DNA of 64,000 nt, taken from the NCBI GenBank assembly GCA_964016885.1, contig OZ024745.1, positions 28,458,001 to 28,522,000 on the forward strand. Direction: 5' to 3'. The translations under genes were made by a program, and so were the position numbers. The stretch comes from Eledone cirrhosa (taxonomy: Eukaryota). The stretch's first letter is position 1, and the number at the start of each line of letters is the position of its first letter. Below, piece by piece: positions 26,440 to 41,279 of this stretch. The notes beneath the pieces are model-generated. The model saw nothing but the letters and a program-made list of their open reading frames with translations, had not been told where the DNA came from and searched no databases.

Positions 26440-26475
26440 CTTTACCGGTTTCGCAGTTCTTCTGCTTTTCAAAAG
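26440..26475 (-). ncRNA. Minimal type I hammerhead, U3:A8 variant (UUGAAAA)
   Basis: ctt-TTGAAAA-gcag.aagaa.ctgc-GAAA-ccgg-TA-aag, inside a TA-flanked insert at 26301-26514. Confidence 0.6.
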
Positions 26476-26511
26476 TAGAGTTGAGATGGAGGGTCTGTGG
26501 TTTTTCTCACG

Positions 26512-26593
<82 letters not shown>

Positions 26594-26631
26594 TACATAC
26601 ACACATAACGATTCTTTGCTTAAACTTTAAT

Positions 26632-27017
26632 CTGTTATGGACACTGACCAAGAAACTCACATGGTGGATGGGTGCTACGCGAGAATGCTGAGGCTCCGAA
26701 TATTAATCAGTATACACTGAGGATGAAGAACTCAGAGCTGTATGGGAGCCTCCCAAAAGTCAGCTCGAGAGTAGCACAGGGGAGTCTGAGGTTAGCTGGA
26801 CATGCTCACCGACATCCAGAGTTGACACTACACTCAGTGCTCCCGTGGGAGCCCCTGCATGGACACACTGGAAGGGGGAAACCGAGGTTAACATATGTTG
26901 ATACCCTAAGGACAGACAGTGATCTCTTGGAGACGCAGGACATGGCAGCGATAATGAGGGACAGAGACCGCTGGAGAGAACTCGTCCATGGATCTCGGGA
27001 ATTTTACCCGCCCTAGA
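26632..27017 (+). mobile_element. RTE-clade LINE 3' end
   Basis: NSELYGSLPKVS...LRLAGHAHRH...WEPLHG...RGKPRLTYVDTL...MRDRDRWR; related copy at 36660-36850. Confidence 0.85.
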
Positions 27018-27064
27018 TATATATATATGGTATTTGGATACTTTTGTCTATGTAATACTTACTT

Positions 27065-27203
27065 GTAGTTACGTTTCTTTACGATCTGAGTTCAAATCCC
27101 GCCGAGGTTGACTTTCCTTTCATCCTTACGGGGTCGATAAAATAAAGTACCAGTAATGCACTGGGTAATTGCTGGCCTTGTGCCTAAAGTAGAAACAATT
27201 ATA
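27065..27203 (+). mobile_element. SINE S1, 5'-truncated
   Basis: B box and body match the other S1 copies. Confidence 0.8.
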
Positions 27204-28824
27204 TATATTAACAGGGTTGTATATTGAAGGATACATGATATGTTTATGTTTTACTACTGCTTATTAATTCAACCCACCCAGTTTTTGCTCGGTAAGTTAA
27301 CCGCGTTAATAACCTAAGTACAGATCAATATATTAACCCACTTATTGACCCCAGTACAGACCTATAAGTTGACCCAGTTTTTTTACCCCAGTACGTTATT
27401 TCAGCATTGTATAGAACGCCTTGCATTATCCCTACTGTCTCGCAGTTTTCTGCGTTCAAACAACACCATCGCCACCACCAACAACAACAACACTACTAAC
27501 AACAATATTACCACCACCAATAATAATAACAACAACAATTTAATAATCAACCAACATCCACAACACCAACCAACAACCAGCAACACAAACTTTACCACCA
27601 ACAACAGCAATACAACCAAAAGTAATACCAAAAACAACAGCACCAGCAGTCAACAACCACAATACCAACAAAAACAACAACACAATCAACAATAATTACA
27701 ACAACCAACAACAAAAACAACCAACAACAACAACCAAACACCAAACAACAACAGCTCTTTATTTCAGGCAGGTTTTTTGTTAATTGAACTGCAAACTGTA
27801 AAAATGTAATAAAATAACTTAAAACTAAAAAGAAAACTGAAAAATGACGCATTATCCCTCCTGGCTCCTCATCCTTCTCTTCCGTTGAAATATAAAGATA
27901 CTGCGAGTAAGAGGTGCCAACTGGCCAACTGAGGGGCTTGGAATGAGGTGACGGAAGAGAGAGAGGGGAGGAGAGAGTCAAAATGTTGTTAAGGGACCAA
28001 CGGAGAGAGTAGGATTAGGTGACTGAAGAGAGAGGGAGAGAGGTGAAAGTGTTGTAGTGAAGGAATCAACAGAGAGGGGTTGGGTGAGGGGATTAGAGAG
28101 AAAAGGGAAGAGGGGGAGAGAGTGGAAGTGTTGTAGTGAAAGGAAGCCGCATACAAATAAAAGATTACTCTTTGATCTGTTGGTTCAATTCGTTTAATGA
28201 AATTACCCCGCTGGGACCGAGAAAACCAACCCATCACCTCTTTCATCGGACACACACACACACACTCACACACACACATGCACACACACACGCACGCACG
28301 CACACGTATATACACTGACCAAGAGACATACAGGCACACACAGAAGCTCACGCATGTATACACATGCGCACATATACACACATACTCATAAGCATGCATA
28401 TACACAGTGCCACATACAGATGTGTACACACATACGCACAAATTCAGACAGACCAAAACACACATACACATACATAGAGATGCACATATACACAGAGACA
28501 TTTTTACATACACGCATGTACACGTATATATACACACACGTGCATACACATACACACTGGTGAGATCGATGGAGGACCCTGCTGTTATGAAAGATTATCG
28601 ATTATGGAGATAAAGCAATATATCTCGAGTAGCACCATTGATACGAGTTGATTGAACATTACCATTGAGATAGAGTGATTGATTGGTGGTGATAGTGGTG
28701 GTGGTGGCGGCGGCGGTGGCTGTGGTAATAGTGGTGGTGGTGGCGGTGGTGGTGGTAATGGCGGCGGCCGCGGTGGTGGTAGTGGTGGTGGTGGTGGTGG
28801 AGTTGGTGGTGTTGGTGGTGGTGG

Positions 28825-28857
<33 letters not shown>

Positions 28858-28859
28858 AC

Positions 28860-29050
28860 AGAGTACTTGGGTGATTTAATGATATGGACCCCAGTCCCTA
28901 TCATCTCATTTCTACAGCTGAGTAAAATGGAGCAACGTGAAATAAAGTGTCTTGCTCAAGGAAACAACACTTCACTCGGTCCGAGAATTGAACTCACAAC
29001 CTTTCGATTGCAAGCCCAATGCTCTAACCACTAAGCCATGCGCCTTCACT
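28860..29050 (-). mobile_element. CORE-type tRNA-derived SINE (S2)
   Basis: Head ggcgcatggcttagtggttagagc...gagttcaattctc followed by tccttgagcaagacacttt. Confidence 0.8.
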
Positions 29051-29233
29051 ATATATGTTGCTGTTGTATGTTCCAGGGTGTCCCATCCCGGTCAAGCAGA
29101 TCTGTGGTAATATCCGTGATCTATAAAACCACTCGTTGATCCAGTTGACCAATGGGTTCTATGTATGAGCCATAGAGCCGCTCTTTGATCCAGTAGACGC
29201 ATAAATCCACTCAGTTGTCCGGCAGATCTATAG

Positions 29234-29385
<152 letters not shown>

Positions 29386-29474
29386 TCCATACAACACTTT
29401 GTGGTGCAATCATACATAGCCAGTTTGTTATGTACGAAACAACGACTATTTTCGTATTGTTTACACACACACAT

Positions 29475-29803
29475 CTTCAAGACTCTTCCTTCGCTTCTAA
29501 ATTTAGCTGTCCACTTTTGCAATGTTGATAAAGCTGGAGCGTCAGCTCCTAATTTAGCAACCATATCAGCATGAATGTCTATGGGGGTCCTAAACCGTTT
29601 TTCTGCGAGTACTTGATGATATGCCAAATTTTGTCAATTTTCAAGAGAAATCGCTATTTCTCTTTTGAAGTCTTCTTTAAACAGTCAGATGTCAGTTTAT
29701 CAAGAAAGAAACAATGCAGTTATTAATAAGAAGAATTGAAATTTCACAGCTCTAGCATCCCTCATTCATAGTCAGCCTATGAACTTTTCAGCCCACCTTC
29801 ATA
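29475..29803 (-). mobile_element. Mariner 5' end: TIR and N-terminal HTH of the transposase (decayed)
   Basis: tatgaaggtgggctgaaaagttc terminus; IHADMVAKLGADAPALSTLQKWTAKF; related terminus at about 25146-25220. Confidence 0.75.
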
Positions 29804-30488
29804 TTAACATTCAAGTAATTTCGATGTCAAACCCGCCAAATTGACCAAACACAACGTGACATCGTTTTCTCGTATAAAAGACGGTGCCGCCAGCTCTCAC
29901 TCTCTCATTCAGTAGCATATCTTGATAGCAGCAGTGACTCTTTCCACTGCCCCACTCCTGGCCATAGGTTAGTATCATGACCTGTCAATGTGTATCTCTG
30001 ACTCTCTCGCCCTTTTCCTCCCCTCTAACTCTTCCTGTTTCTACCTCTCCCACTTTCTCTCTCTTTCTTCCTGTCTATATCTCTCCCACTCTCTCTTTCT
30101 TTTCGTGTCTCTATCCCTCCCACGTTCTCTCTCTCTCTCTCTCATTTTTATACGGCCCTCATGTGCCATCACAACACACACACATTAATTATTCTGTCCA
30201 AGTCCAATCTTTCATACAATTCATCTAGACACGAACATCTTGTAGATCATAATCTTTGCTTTATTCAAAATGTTATGATTCTTCTTCTGTTGACCTCACG
30301 ATTTCCTTGAATCATCCGAAGATTTGAACATCGTTTCAAATCCGATATTTGAGCAATAAATAACTTTATAATTTTAGATTTAAGATGCTTTCCATTTCTT
30401 TGTTCGTGTTGTGTCAGCCGTTTCATCAAAACAAAACTACTGCGGGTATGGATGAAATGGAGCTTTCTCTCTTTCACACACACACCCA

Positions 30489-30602
<114 letters not shown>

Positions 30603-30869
30603 ATCTATCTCTCTCTCTATCTCTATCTCTATCTCTATCTCTCTCTCTAACATACACGCGCACACACACACACTCACACACTCAATCTCACTCTCCCCTC
30701 TTTCTCTCTCTCGCTGTCCCTCTCTCTCTCTCCTTCTTCTCTCCTCCTCCTACCCCCCTCTCTATCATTGGTGAGCTTCTTCAATCGATACAAGCTGATC
30801 CAACAGTGCTAGGAAATGTAAACCATAGACTGGCTATTCGAAAGATTGCTATATCTCCACTTGATGGAC

Positions 30870-31210
30870 ACAATAAAATGCACCCAGTACACTCTGTCAA
30901 GTGGTGGTGCTGATGTTACGATAAATTGCACCCAGTACACTCTGTAAGGTGGTAGGTCTGCTCTGCAAAGGGGTAATGCTGGTGTCACGATATAATACGC
31001 CCAGTACACTCAGTAAAGTAGTGCTAGTGTCACGATAAAATACCCCCAGTACACTCTGTAAAGTGATAGTGCTAGTGTCACGATAAAACACTCCAGTACA
31101 CCCTGTACACCTGGTACTGGTATCACGATAAATTGTACCCAGTACACTCTGTAATGTGGTAGTACCAGTATCATGATAAATTACACCCAGTACACTCTGT
31201 AGAGTGATAA
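30870..31210. repeat. Minisatellite of about 48 bp
   Basis: About 7 units of gataaa...cccagtacactctgtaaagtggtagtgctagtgtcac. Confidence 0.75.
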
Positions 31211-31373
31211 AAGTGTATATGTAGACATACACGATATGTTTATGTACAATAATAATAGATCTAAGCCTCGGTATTAATATTTAAATGTGTGATCATGTCA
31301 CAGCTATCTCAGTAACAGTCTGAGAATGCTAGTACAGCTTATATACTTTTAGTTGTCTCTGCACTTGTCGTTA

Positions 31374-32040
<667 letters not shown>

Positions 32041-32142
32041 ATTAGCTGTACTTTACCCGGTAGCTACAGCTGTAATTAAATTAGGTTTTTCATAAAAAAT
32101 ATTTGATAACTTTCATCTTTATCAAACGTTAGTTTCGTTTTT

Positions 32143-32178
<36 letters not shown>

Positions 32179-32436
32179 GCACACATATACATATACACAC
32201 ATACACACGCTCGCACACACATACACACACACACACACTCGCGCGCACACACACACACACATGCATACACGATATATATATATAAATATATGTGTGTGCG
32301 TGTGTCTGTGTGTGTATTGCATCTCTGTGTTTGTGTTGTCATTTTCTTTGTTATTTCTCGTTTACCTTTTGCACACACACACACACATACACACACACAT
32401 ATATATATATATATAGTATATATATATATATATATA

Positions 32437-32478
<42 letters not shown>

Positions 32479-33027
32479 TGTATATATATATATATAAGAA
32501 AGCAAGAACGGGGGTAGGAGAAGTTTTCCTCATCAGTTGTCTACTGGGGTCTCGGATATTTCGACGCTTTAAAGACAGTATGTCTACCCCCAGAGCGTTC
32601 AATACCTGGGTAAGTTATTGGGAAAACGGAGGAGAGTGGGAAGGAAAATAGAAAGGAAAAGGGAAGAAAAGAGAAAAGCAGCGGAAAAATAACAAAACCG
32701 GAGAATGTGCGAGCAACTTCAAGGAAGAAAATCCAAGTCCACAACGGTACTCAACGTAAGTTCTAAATGAAAAAACCAGTCTGATCCCAGCGAGTGTGAG
32801 TGAGAAAAGGACTGCTAGGGAGTCAGGCGAGGGAAACAATGAGATGGATGGCAGAGAGTTTATTGGAGTGTAACTTTAAGTTAGTATTGGTTCATTAGTT
32901 TGAACACTCGGTGCCTAAGTGTGTCCAGTTGTCGATCTGGTATTGATACCTCGTTCCTATTCCTTATATATATAGTGTATGTCTATTTCAATATACATAT
33001 GTGTGTGTTTGCGTGAATGTGTGTATT

Positions 33028-33088
<61 letters not shown>

Positions 33089-33274
33089 GACAATGGAGAA
33101 ATTGATGTAAGCAAAATGGCAACAATAATTCAGACATATAAGTGACTATAACATCAAGATGAAAAAAATCAAGAAGAGAAAACTTAATCCTCAGACTTTG
33201 TGTAAGTTGGGGAAAAAGCAGTACAATCTTAATTCAAAATATATATATATACATATATATAATAATAATAATAA

Positions 33275-33460
33275 TAATTGTTTCTATTTTAGGAACAAGG
33301 CCAGCAATTACCCAGTACATTACTGGTACTTTATTTTATCGACCCCGTAAGGATGAAAGGCAAAGTTAACCTCGGCGGGATTTGAACTCAGATCATAAAG
33401 GGACGTAACTCTATGCTTCAAAGCATGGTGTCCGTCTCTCTACCGATACTGCCAATCCAC
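33275..33460 (-). mobile_element. SINE S1
   Basis: Full-length reverse-complement match with an (ATT)n tail. Confidence 0.85.
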
Positions 33461-34359
33461 ATAATAATAATAATAATTAGGAGACGAAATTAGTCGAATA
33501 GAGCGGATATATATATATATATATATGACCATGGGATTTGTACCGAGAAAGTTCCGCGCCGAGGCATAAGTCTGCGCAAGATTCTTCGTGGACAACCAGC
33601 AATCGCCCATGTATACCAGGGTAATATTCTGAGTGTGGTCAGTGTAGGAGATATTAATAACTAGGTTCGTTAGTTTACATTTAAATTTAAATTATCTTAC
33701 TTGGAGGAATAGGGTGCACGACTGGTAGAAGTGCGCACATTGTAGAACTATCCCAGGGCGCTGAATGCCAAGGCACTAGTTTTTCTTGTGGTATTTGTTC
33801 CGGTTTGCAGTGTTCTGAGTTCAAATAGCTTTCAGGTTAATTTTATTTTTCATCCTTTCGTGGTCAATAAAAAAATCCAATCCAATCCTGGGCCTTCTCA
33901 ATCCTGTTGGAGGAGCCCCTGCCTAGTTGACCTCCACCGCTGTTGGTTTTGACCATGTCAGGGATGTAGCCGTACTCGCCACGCTTGGCCAATTGTGGGT
34001 TGGTGAGGCTATTTAACCCATAGTTGAAGTGGATGGCCATTGACTATGAGGAGCTCATCCGCCCTTTAACACCTCTTGTTTTTGTGCTGCAGCAGCTGGG
34101 GTCCCACTTACTCTCCTCACATGATAAGGGCCTACTGTGGGTGCCAGTTTCGTCACCGACCACTCTACCATGGAGCAGGTTGTACTGGGTTACATGGTAC
34201 CAGAAGCAAGCAGATGCCTGACCTAACACAACGATAAAATATAGTACCAGTTACTTGCGGTAAATTTGGCAGAATTGTTGGAGCGTCGGACGGGATGTCT
34301 GGAGGTTAAAACATAGTCAATGAGCGATTTACAAACAGCCTAAATTCGGGGGGAAACAG

Positions 34360-35042
34360 ACCATCACCCCCATCACTACCCACTTCCACCGCCACGTACC
34401 ACCACCATCACCAACACCACACCACCATCACGAAGACCAACATCACCACCACAATTACTACCACCTCCACCACCATCACCAACACCGCCACCAACACACT
34501 ACCACCACACCACCACTACTACCACCACCCATACCACCACCGCCACCACAACCACCACTACCACCACTATCACCACTACCACCCCAACCACCACTACCAC
34601 CACCACCACCACCACTACCACCACTACTACCACTACCCCTACCACCACCACCACCACCACCACCACAACCACCACCACCACCACCACCACCACCACCACC
34701 ACACCACCACCACCACCACCACCACCACTACCACCACCACCACCACTACCACCACCACCACCACCACTACCACCACCACCACCACAACCACCACTACCAC
34801 CACTATCACCACTACCACCCCAACCACCACTACCACCACCACCACCACTACCACCCTACTACCACTACCCCTACCACCACCACCACCACCACCACAACCA
34901 CCACTACCACCACCGCCACCACCACACCACCACCACCACCACCACTACCACCACCACCACCACTACCACCACCACTACCACCACCACCACCACTACCACC
35001 ACCACCACCACCACCACCACTACCACCACCACCACCACTACT
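34360..35042. repeat. (ACC)n low-complexity tract
   Basis: Direct inspection. Confidence 0.9.
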
Positions 35043-35315
35043 ATCATGTATATACTCAGTAAGTTTTAACCAAATGATTTACTAAAATTCTTGTTTTAAA
35101 TAGGATTAAGTCGTTTCATCAATGACCTGCTATATTTCAATAGCGAATGCTGCTTGATCGAACATAATTCAAATGATCGATTCTTCGTATCAATAATAAC
35201 TGTGACAAGCTAGGTTACTATAGTAACCCACTTGATGGCTGCAATTTCAACAACAATTAATTGCCTCTAACTGACACTCAACAATTCCTCTCTCTCTCTC
35301 ACTCTCTCTCTCTCA

Positions 35316-35388
<73 letters not shown>

Positions 35389-35391
<3 letters not shown>

Positions 35392-35774
35392 GGAAAAGAA
35401 TGAAACGAAATTTCATTTCTCACTCTTAGTACGGCTGGTACTTAAATGTAAGTATGTATAAGTACATACATATATGTATACAGGCGTACAGTAGTATGTA
35501 TATATATACATACATGCACACATATATATATGTACGAATGGGTTTACCGAACATTTATTATAATATTCGGTCTGTTTGTTTGTAAACAAACCGAATATTA
35601 TTGTAAACAAACAAACAGCCCGAATTACGCCGAACAGTGTTCAGGCTTCATCGTCGCCCCTTTGTTCAACACTGACACAGGAACGATGTACAAGTTTCAA
35701 GCGTATTAGCTATCGTCCGCATCGTATACCTTTCTGCCAGATAGTTGAACGTCTGAACGTATATACTTTCCTTA

Positions 35775-35780
<6 letters not shown>
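35389..35780 (-). mobile_element. Family B element with decayed HHR (35684-35724)
   Basis: Reverse-complement homology to about 7075-7433; core mutated to CGGACGA; flanked by (TA)n. Confidence 0.8.
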
Positions 35781-35831
<51 letters not shown>

Positions 35832-35851
35832 ATTTACATATATATATATAA

Positions 35852-36644
35852 AGTCACAGATATATATGTGGCAACCGTTCACGATGTGGCTCAATGAAGA
35901 ATTAATAAATTAAATAATCAGAGCAATAATCATAAATTATGTCCTTAGAATTATTAGATAAAATATATACAATTTCCTCTCCCAATTAGCATAATTAACC
36001 ATACAAAAAATCAATTAGACCAGGCTATAAGAATAAAGGCTCCTATGAAGAAATATTAGATAAATAACCGAAAGCAGCCTCTTCGCGGTTGACCACAATA
36101 GAGTAAGTAAATCTTTATATTTAATAATCTCCCGTTGGGTTGAGATGCAATTTGGGCGATATTGGGCTGCGCTTTGTAGCAACTAATCACATTCTTTCTA
36201 ACTTGACCACTGCCACGTCACGATTCTTAGCCATTTTTTTAATCTATTTCTGGCGGCATCGCTTTGGAAAATTAACTGTCCTATTGAGTTTGTCTCCTGA
36301 TGAGTTCGATACTCGAGATTTATCCTTAATAGGATATCTCAAAATACGAACGAAACCATGGTAGGGATTTAATTACGGTATGTACACGTTTCTTCTAACT
36401 TTAAATTTATACCTAATTGTGTATGGTTGACGGTATATTTGGTCAGTTTCTACATGCTGTTGAAATGTTGGGTAAATACTCTATTGTGGTCAACCGCGAA
36501 GAGGCTGCTTTCGGTTATTTATCTAATATTTCTTCATAGGAGCCTTTATTCTTATAGCCTGGTCTAATTGATGGTTAATTATGCTAATTGGGAGATGAAA
36601 TTGTATATATTTTATCTAATAATTCTAAGGACATAATTTATGAT
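35852..36644. mobile_element. pLTR-like element with inverted arms 35929-36105 / 36477-36644
   Basis: About 170-bp inverted repeat, an HHR in the spacer, TA flanks. Confidence 0.8.
36293..36367 (+). ncRNA. Type I hammerhead ribozyme with extended stem II
   Basis: tctc-CTGATGA-gttcg...cgaac-GAAAC-catg-GTA-ggga; palindromic ACCATGGT. Confidence 0.8.
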
Positions 36645-36659
36645 ATATATATATATATT

Positions 36660-36850
36660 GCACTCAGTGCTCCTGTGGGAGCCCCTCCTACATGGACACA
36701 CTGGAAGAGGAGGACCAAGGTTAACGTATGTTGATGCCCTAAGGACAAACACTGGTCTGTTGGAGACGCAGGACATGGCAGCGATAATGAGGGACAGAGA
36801 CCGCTGGTGAGAACTCGTCCATGGATCTCGGGAATTTTACCCCTCCTAGA
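36660..36850 (+). mobile_element. RTE-clade LINE 3' end (short copy)
   Basis: Closely matches about 26830-27017. Confidence 0.85.
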
Positions 36851-37146
36851 TAGATAGATAGATATATATATATATATGTGTCTGTGTGTGTGTGTGTGTG
36901 TGTGTCAGGTCGCTCTCGTGTGCTTCAGGTAACATTTAGCCCAGTACAACCTGCCTCATGGAACCGAAACCATGATGGCCTCAAGCGTTCGTCCGTTTTC
37001 ACGTTGTGTTCGCGCACCATTTTCGACTGATTTGTATATACATAGCCATGTAGCCCACTTTTCAATTGATAAGTCTATCTGTCTGTGTCTGTGTGTGTGC
37101 TGATACCCAACTTTTTCCGTTTAGTGGGTTTATACTCTCCATTATT

Positions 37147-37338
37147 GTGGATTGGCAGTATCGGTAGAGAGTCGGACACCATGCTTTGAAGCATAGAGTT
37201 ACGTCCCTTTATGATTTGAATTCAAATCCCGCAGAGGTTAACTTTGCCTTTCATCCTTACGGGGTCGATAAAATAAAGTACCAGTAATGTACTGGGTAAT
37301 TGCTGGCCTTGTGCCTAAAATAGTAACAATTATTATTA
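37147..37338 (+). mobile_element. SINE S1
   Basis: Full-length match. Confidence 0.85.
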
Positions 37339-37388
37339 GACTATTTTAAAGTCAAAATTATAACGGCGAAGCTTCTATTTCTATTTCA

Positions 37389-37463
<75 letters not shown>

Positions 37464-37473
37464 TTTGTGTGTA

Positions 37474-37510
<37 letters not shown>

Positions 37511-38482
37511 CTGTGTGTCTGTGTGTCTGTGTGTGTGTGTAAAAAGTAAACAGAAATAACGAAGTAAACGACACAATACAATGAAGAAATATATTTAACA
37601 TTCGAAGTAATAGGAAATGAGTCTTAACGTCTCGGACACTAGTCATATATATCTATATATTAATTCAACAATGTCAGTATTCCGTGTGTCATAATTCTCG
37701 ATTATCCTTGGTTCATAGGTTTCAAACGACTCCGCCCACCTCAATGACGCCAAACTTAAATTAATATGCATAATGCCAATGAGGGAGTGAGAGGGGAGAG
37801 AGAGTAAGAAACAGAGAGGCAAAGTGAACGCTGTGTTGGATACACTATGTATATGTGTCAGTGTAGAGACATGTGTGTGATGTGTGTGGAAATAAGAAGG
37901 GAAGGAAAGCAATAACTATTAACATGTGTGCGTGTGTATGTACGTGCGCGTATGTTTATGTGTGTGTGCGTGAGTGCAGCGTTCCACAGAAAGTAAAAAC
38001 TATCAACAAGTGTGAGTGAGTGCGTGTGTAAGTTTGCGTGCGTGTGCGCGTTTCCATGCGTGTATGTGTGTGTACATGCGGCGTTCCACAATCGCCACCC
38101 AGTTTATCTGTCTGTGTGCCTGTCTGTTAGTCTAACATACACAGAGTTGTGAAGGGAGTAAATAGGGACCTTTTTTACATTGACTGACATCTTTTATATT
38201 TATTATTGTCATTTTTTGACAATTGCTCGAAATGAATACTGATAATAAAAGCAATTCGACTTTATCAAACGGTGAACTACAGCGGCGACGGAGTGCAACC
38301 AGGAATGAAGAAAAACGGGCCGAACAGCGCCATCGGACGCCGAACTTCAGAGGCGAAGACGGGCCGCCATGAATGAAGAAGAACTGGCTGAAAAACGCCA
38401 ACGAAACACTGGAGCCAAGCAGCGACGGCGTGCTGCGATGGTTGAAGACGAACTGGCTGAGCATCATCTTTTATATTAATTA

Positions 38483-38841
38483 TCTATATCTATATCTACA
38501 TATAATATAAAAGATTGGAACTTCCTTCATCCTTTTGAGAAACGTGGAACAACCACGTCTATGCAATGATACATGTTTTACAGTCAGACAGAAGATGAAC
38601 CATCTCTTAGAGATCATTATTCTAGGTGGGAGTACCTAGAATTGTTCATATACTATGCACAAACCGTACAGAGAAGAATCTGGTATATCTGGAAGATTTT
38701 TTTTACTGTTTTTTGTATCACACAGACACCGCGGACTCGCCTCATACTGTAACCAGACAAACATCCAATACAGTCATTTTCTCTTTTACCTGTCTTCTCT
38801 TATCATCTGTTTACCTGGGCGAAGCTGGGTACGTCAGCTAG
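38483..38841 (+). mobile_element. Non-autonomous Helitron
   Basis: 5' a|TCtatatc; 3' hairpin acctgggcgaagctgggt followed by CTAG|t. Confidence 0.6.
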
Positions 38842-38853
38842 TATATATACATA

Positions 38854-38891
<38 letters not shown>

Positions 38892-38978
38892 GAGAGAGAG
38901 TTTCAATCTAACAGATATTCTTCATAATATAGATAAGGAATATGAATAAAAGATATTAAACTAAAACTTCGTTCTCTC

Positions 38979-39101
<123 letters not shown>

Positions 39102-39118
39102 TTATTAAAGAATAAGTG

Positions 39119-39318
39119 CGGTGGATATATATATATATATATATATATATCGGTAGAGGGTCGGACGCCATGCTTTCCAGCATAGTTACGTCCCTTTACG
39201 ATCTGAGTTCAACTCCCGCCGAGGTTGACTTTGCCTTTCATCCTTACGGGGTCGATAAAATAAAGTACCAGTAATGCACTGGGTAATTGCTGGCCTTGTG
39301 CCTAAAGTAGAAACAATT
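39119..39318 (+). mobile_element. SINE S1 with an 18-bp flanking direct repeat and (AT)n inside its head
   Basis: attattaaagaataagtg on both sides. Confidence 0.85.
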
Positions 39319-39476
39319 ATTAAAGAATAAGTGTTGCATCACATAGATATGTAATTTGTAATAAATATGTTTATGTTGAAACACTGATTCTTTATTAATA
39401 ATATTGATACTCTGCTCCCCAAGAGCATCGAGTGCTCACCCGGTATACCGCCTACGGACGCAATTAACTTGCACAT

Positions 39477-39541
<65 letters not shown>

Positions 39542-39667
39542 CCGATAACCAAAGATTAATATGGTTCGTTGATTACTCAACGAATACAATATTACAATAG
39601 ATTAGAAACACTCAACTGCCAAATACTGGAATTGAATAATCAAGACCAGCATGTTACATATCAAATC

Positions 39668-39736
39668 ATATATTTTGTCTGATGAAAACTTACTTAAACA
39701 CCATTGTACCTTTGAAATATGTATAATAAAATATAT
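39668..39736 (+). ncRNA. Type I hammerhead (AUA site), stem II eroded
   Basis: atatattttgt-CTGATGA-...-GAAA-tatgta-TA-ataaaatatat; 11-bp stem I. Confidence 0.55.
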
Positions 39737-39779
39737 ATTTTGATTATGAGAATATTTTTCATTTATTAACATTTTCAAT

Positions 39780-39836
<57 letters not shown>

Positions 39837-39840
39837 TTTG

Positions 39841-39922
<82 letters not shown>

Positions 39923-39934
39923 CATATATATATA

Positions 39935-40034
<100 letters not shown>

Positions 40035-40061
40035 AATATATAGAGAGATATAGATATATAT

Positions 40062-40096
<35 letters not shown>

Positions 40097-40545
40097 ATAT
40101 ATAGTAAGAAACACAGTAAACCGTGTGTCTAAAATTACAAAGGTTGTAACAAACACACTCAGGGCGAAACAGATTAGGGATAATCTGTCCGAGAGATATA
40201 ATGGTTATTGAGACGGTTTGTATAATGATATATTTTAATTTTATCATTCTGTCTGCTTCTTGGTTAAATATTTCAAACAAATGTGGTTTTTCAACCCTTG
40301 TAATTTTAGACATTTTACTGTGTTTCTTACTATATATTATTAATCGGCTCAGTATTTATACTTGGAGCTTAATAGTTACAGGGTTCCAATTGAGTTTTAA
40401 CTCTAATTTTCATATATATATATATATAAATATATATATATATAAATATATATATAAATATATATATATATATATCAACTTTTTAAATGGAAGTTGCATT
40501 ATTCTAAGGTATGTCAAAATTATTTATAAAACAGCTTATATATTG

Positions 40546-40611
40546 TATTTTGTCTGAGGAAGGCATACCATATTTTTAATATGATATCCCAGAAATATAT
40601 ATAACGAAATA
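40546..40611 (+). ncRNA. Type I hammerhead (AUA site, family E)
   Basis: tattttgt-CTGAGGA-[hairpin]-GAAA-tatata-TA-acgaaata; stem II closing pair mismatched. Confidence 0.6.
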
Positions 40612-40651
40612 AATATGGTTTTATAAATATAGTTTCCATTTGTTTAATATC

Positions 40652-40750
<99 letters not shown>

Positions 40751-40761
40751 CATATATATAC

Positions 40762-40856
<95 letters not shown>

Positions 40857-40892
40857 GTTAAAAGAATAGAGGTGTAACACACAAGTTATTAT

Positions 40893-41220
40893 ATATTGGT
40901 AAACGGAATAGAAAATGCTGACAAATTGTTCACAGTTGAAAAATGGTTTAATTAGGAATAAAAGAGTATTAGTGATTGTATGGGTTAGTATTCAGTTGTG
41001 GTTTTAAGTTTTTAAGTTTTTACCGGTTGCGCATTTCTAAATGCTTTTCAAAAATAATTTTGAGATAGAGTGTCCGTGCTGTTTGCTCTGATCTGACTTA
41101 AAAACTTAAAACCACAACTGAATACTAACCCATACAATCACTAATACTCTTTTATTCCTAATTAAACCATTTTTCAACTGTGAACAATTTGTCAGCATTT
41201 TCTATTCCGTTTACCAATAT
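40893..41220. mobile_element. Inverted-arm element (125-bp arms) with a decayed UUGAAAA-type HHR in the spacer
   Basis: Arms 40893-41017 / 41096-41220; spacer homologous to 26440-26510; GAAA changed to GCAA. Confidence 0.75.
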
Positions 41221-41279
41221 ATATATATATATATATATGTAACAGATTAAAGTTTAAGCAATTATCATTATTATTATTA

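Noticed and set aside
28975-29045. tRNA gene
   Set aside because: tRNA-like SINE head continuing into a CORE-like body; acceptor stem not intact
33140-33198. Functional HHR (aagt-CTGAGGA...GTC-actt, minus strand)
   Set aside because: GAAAC is replaced by GATGT; counted only as a decayed relic
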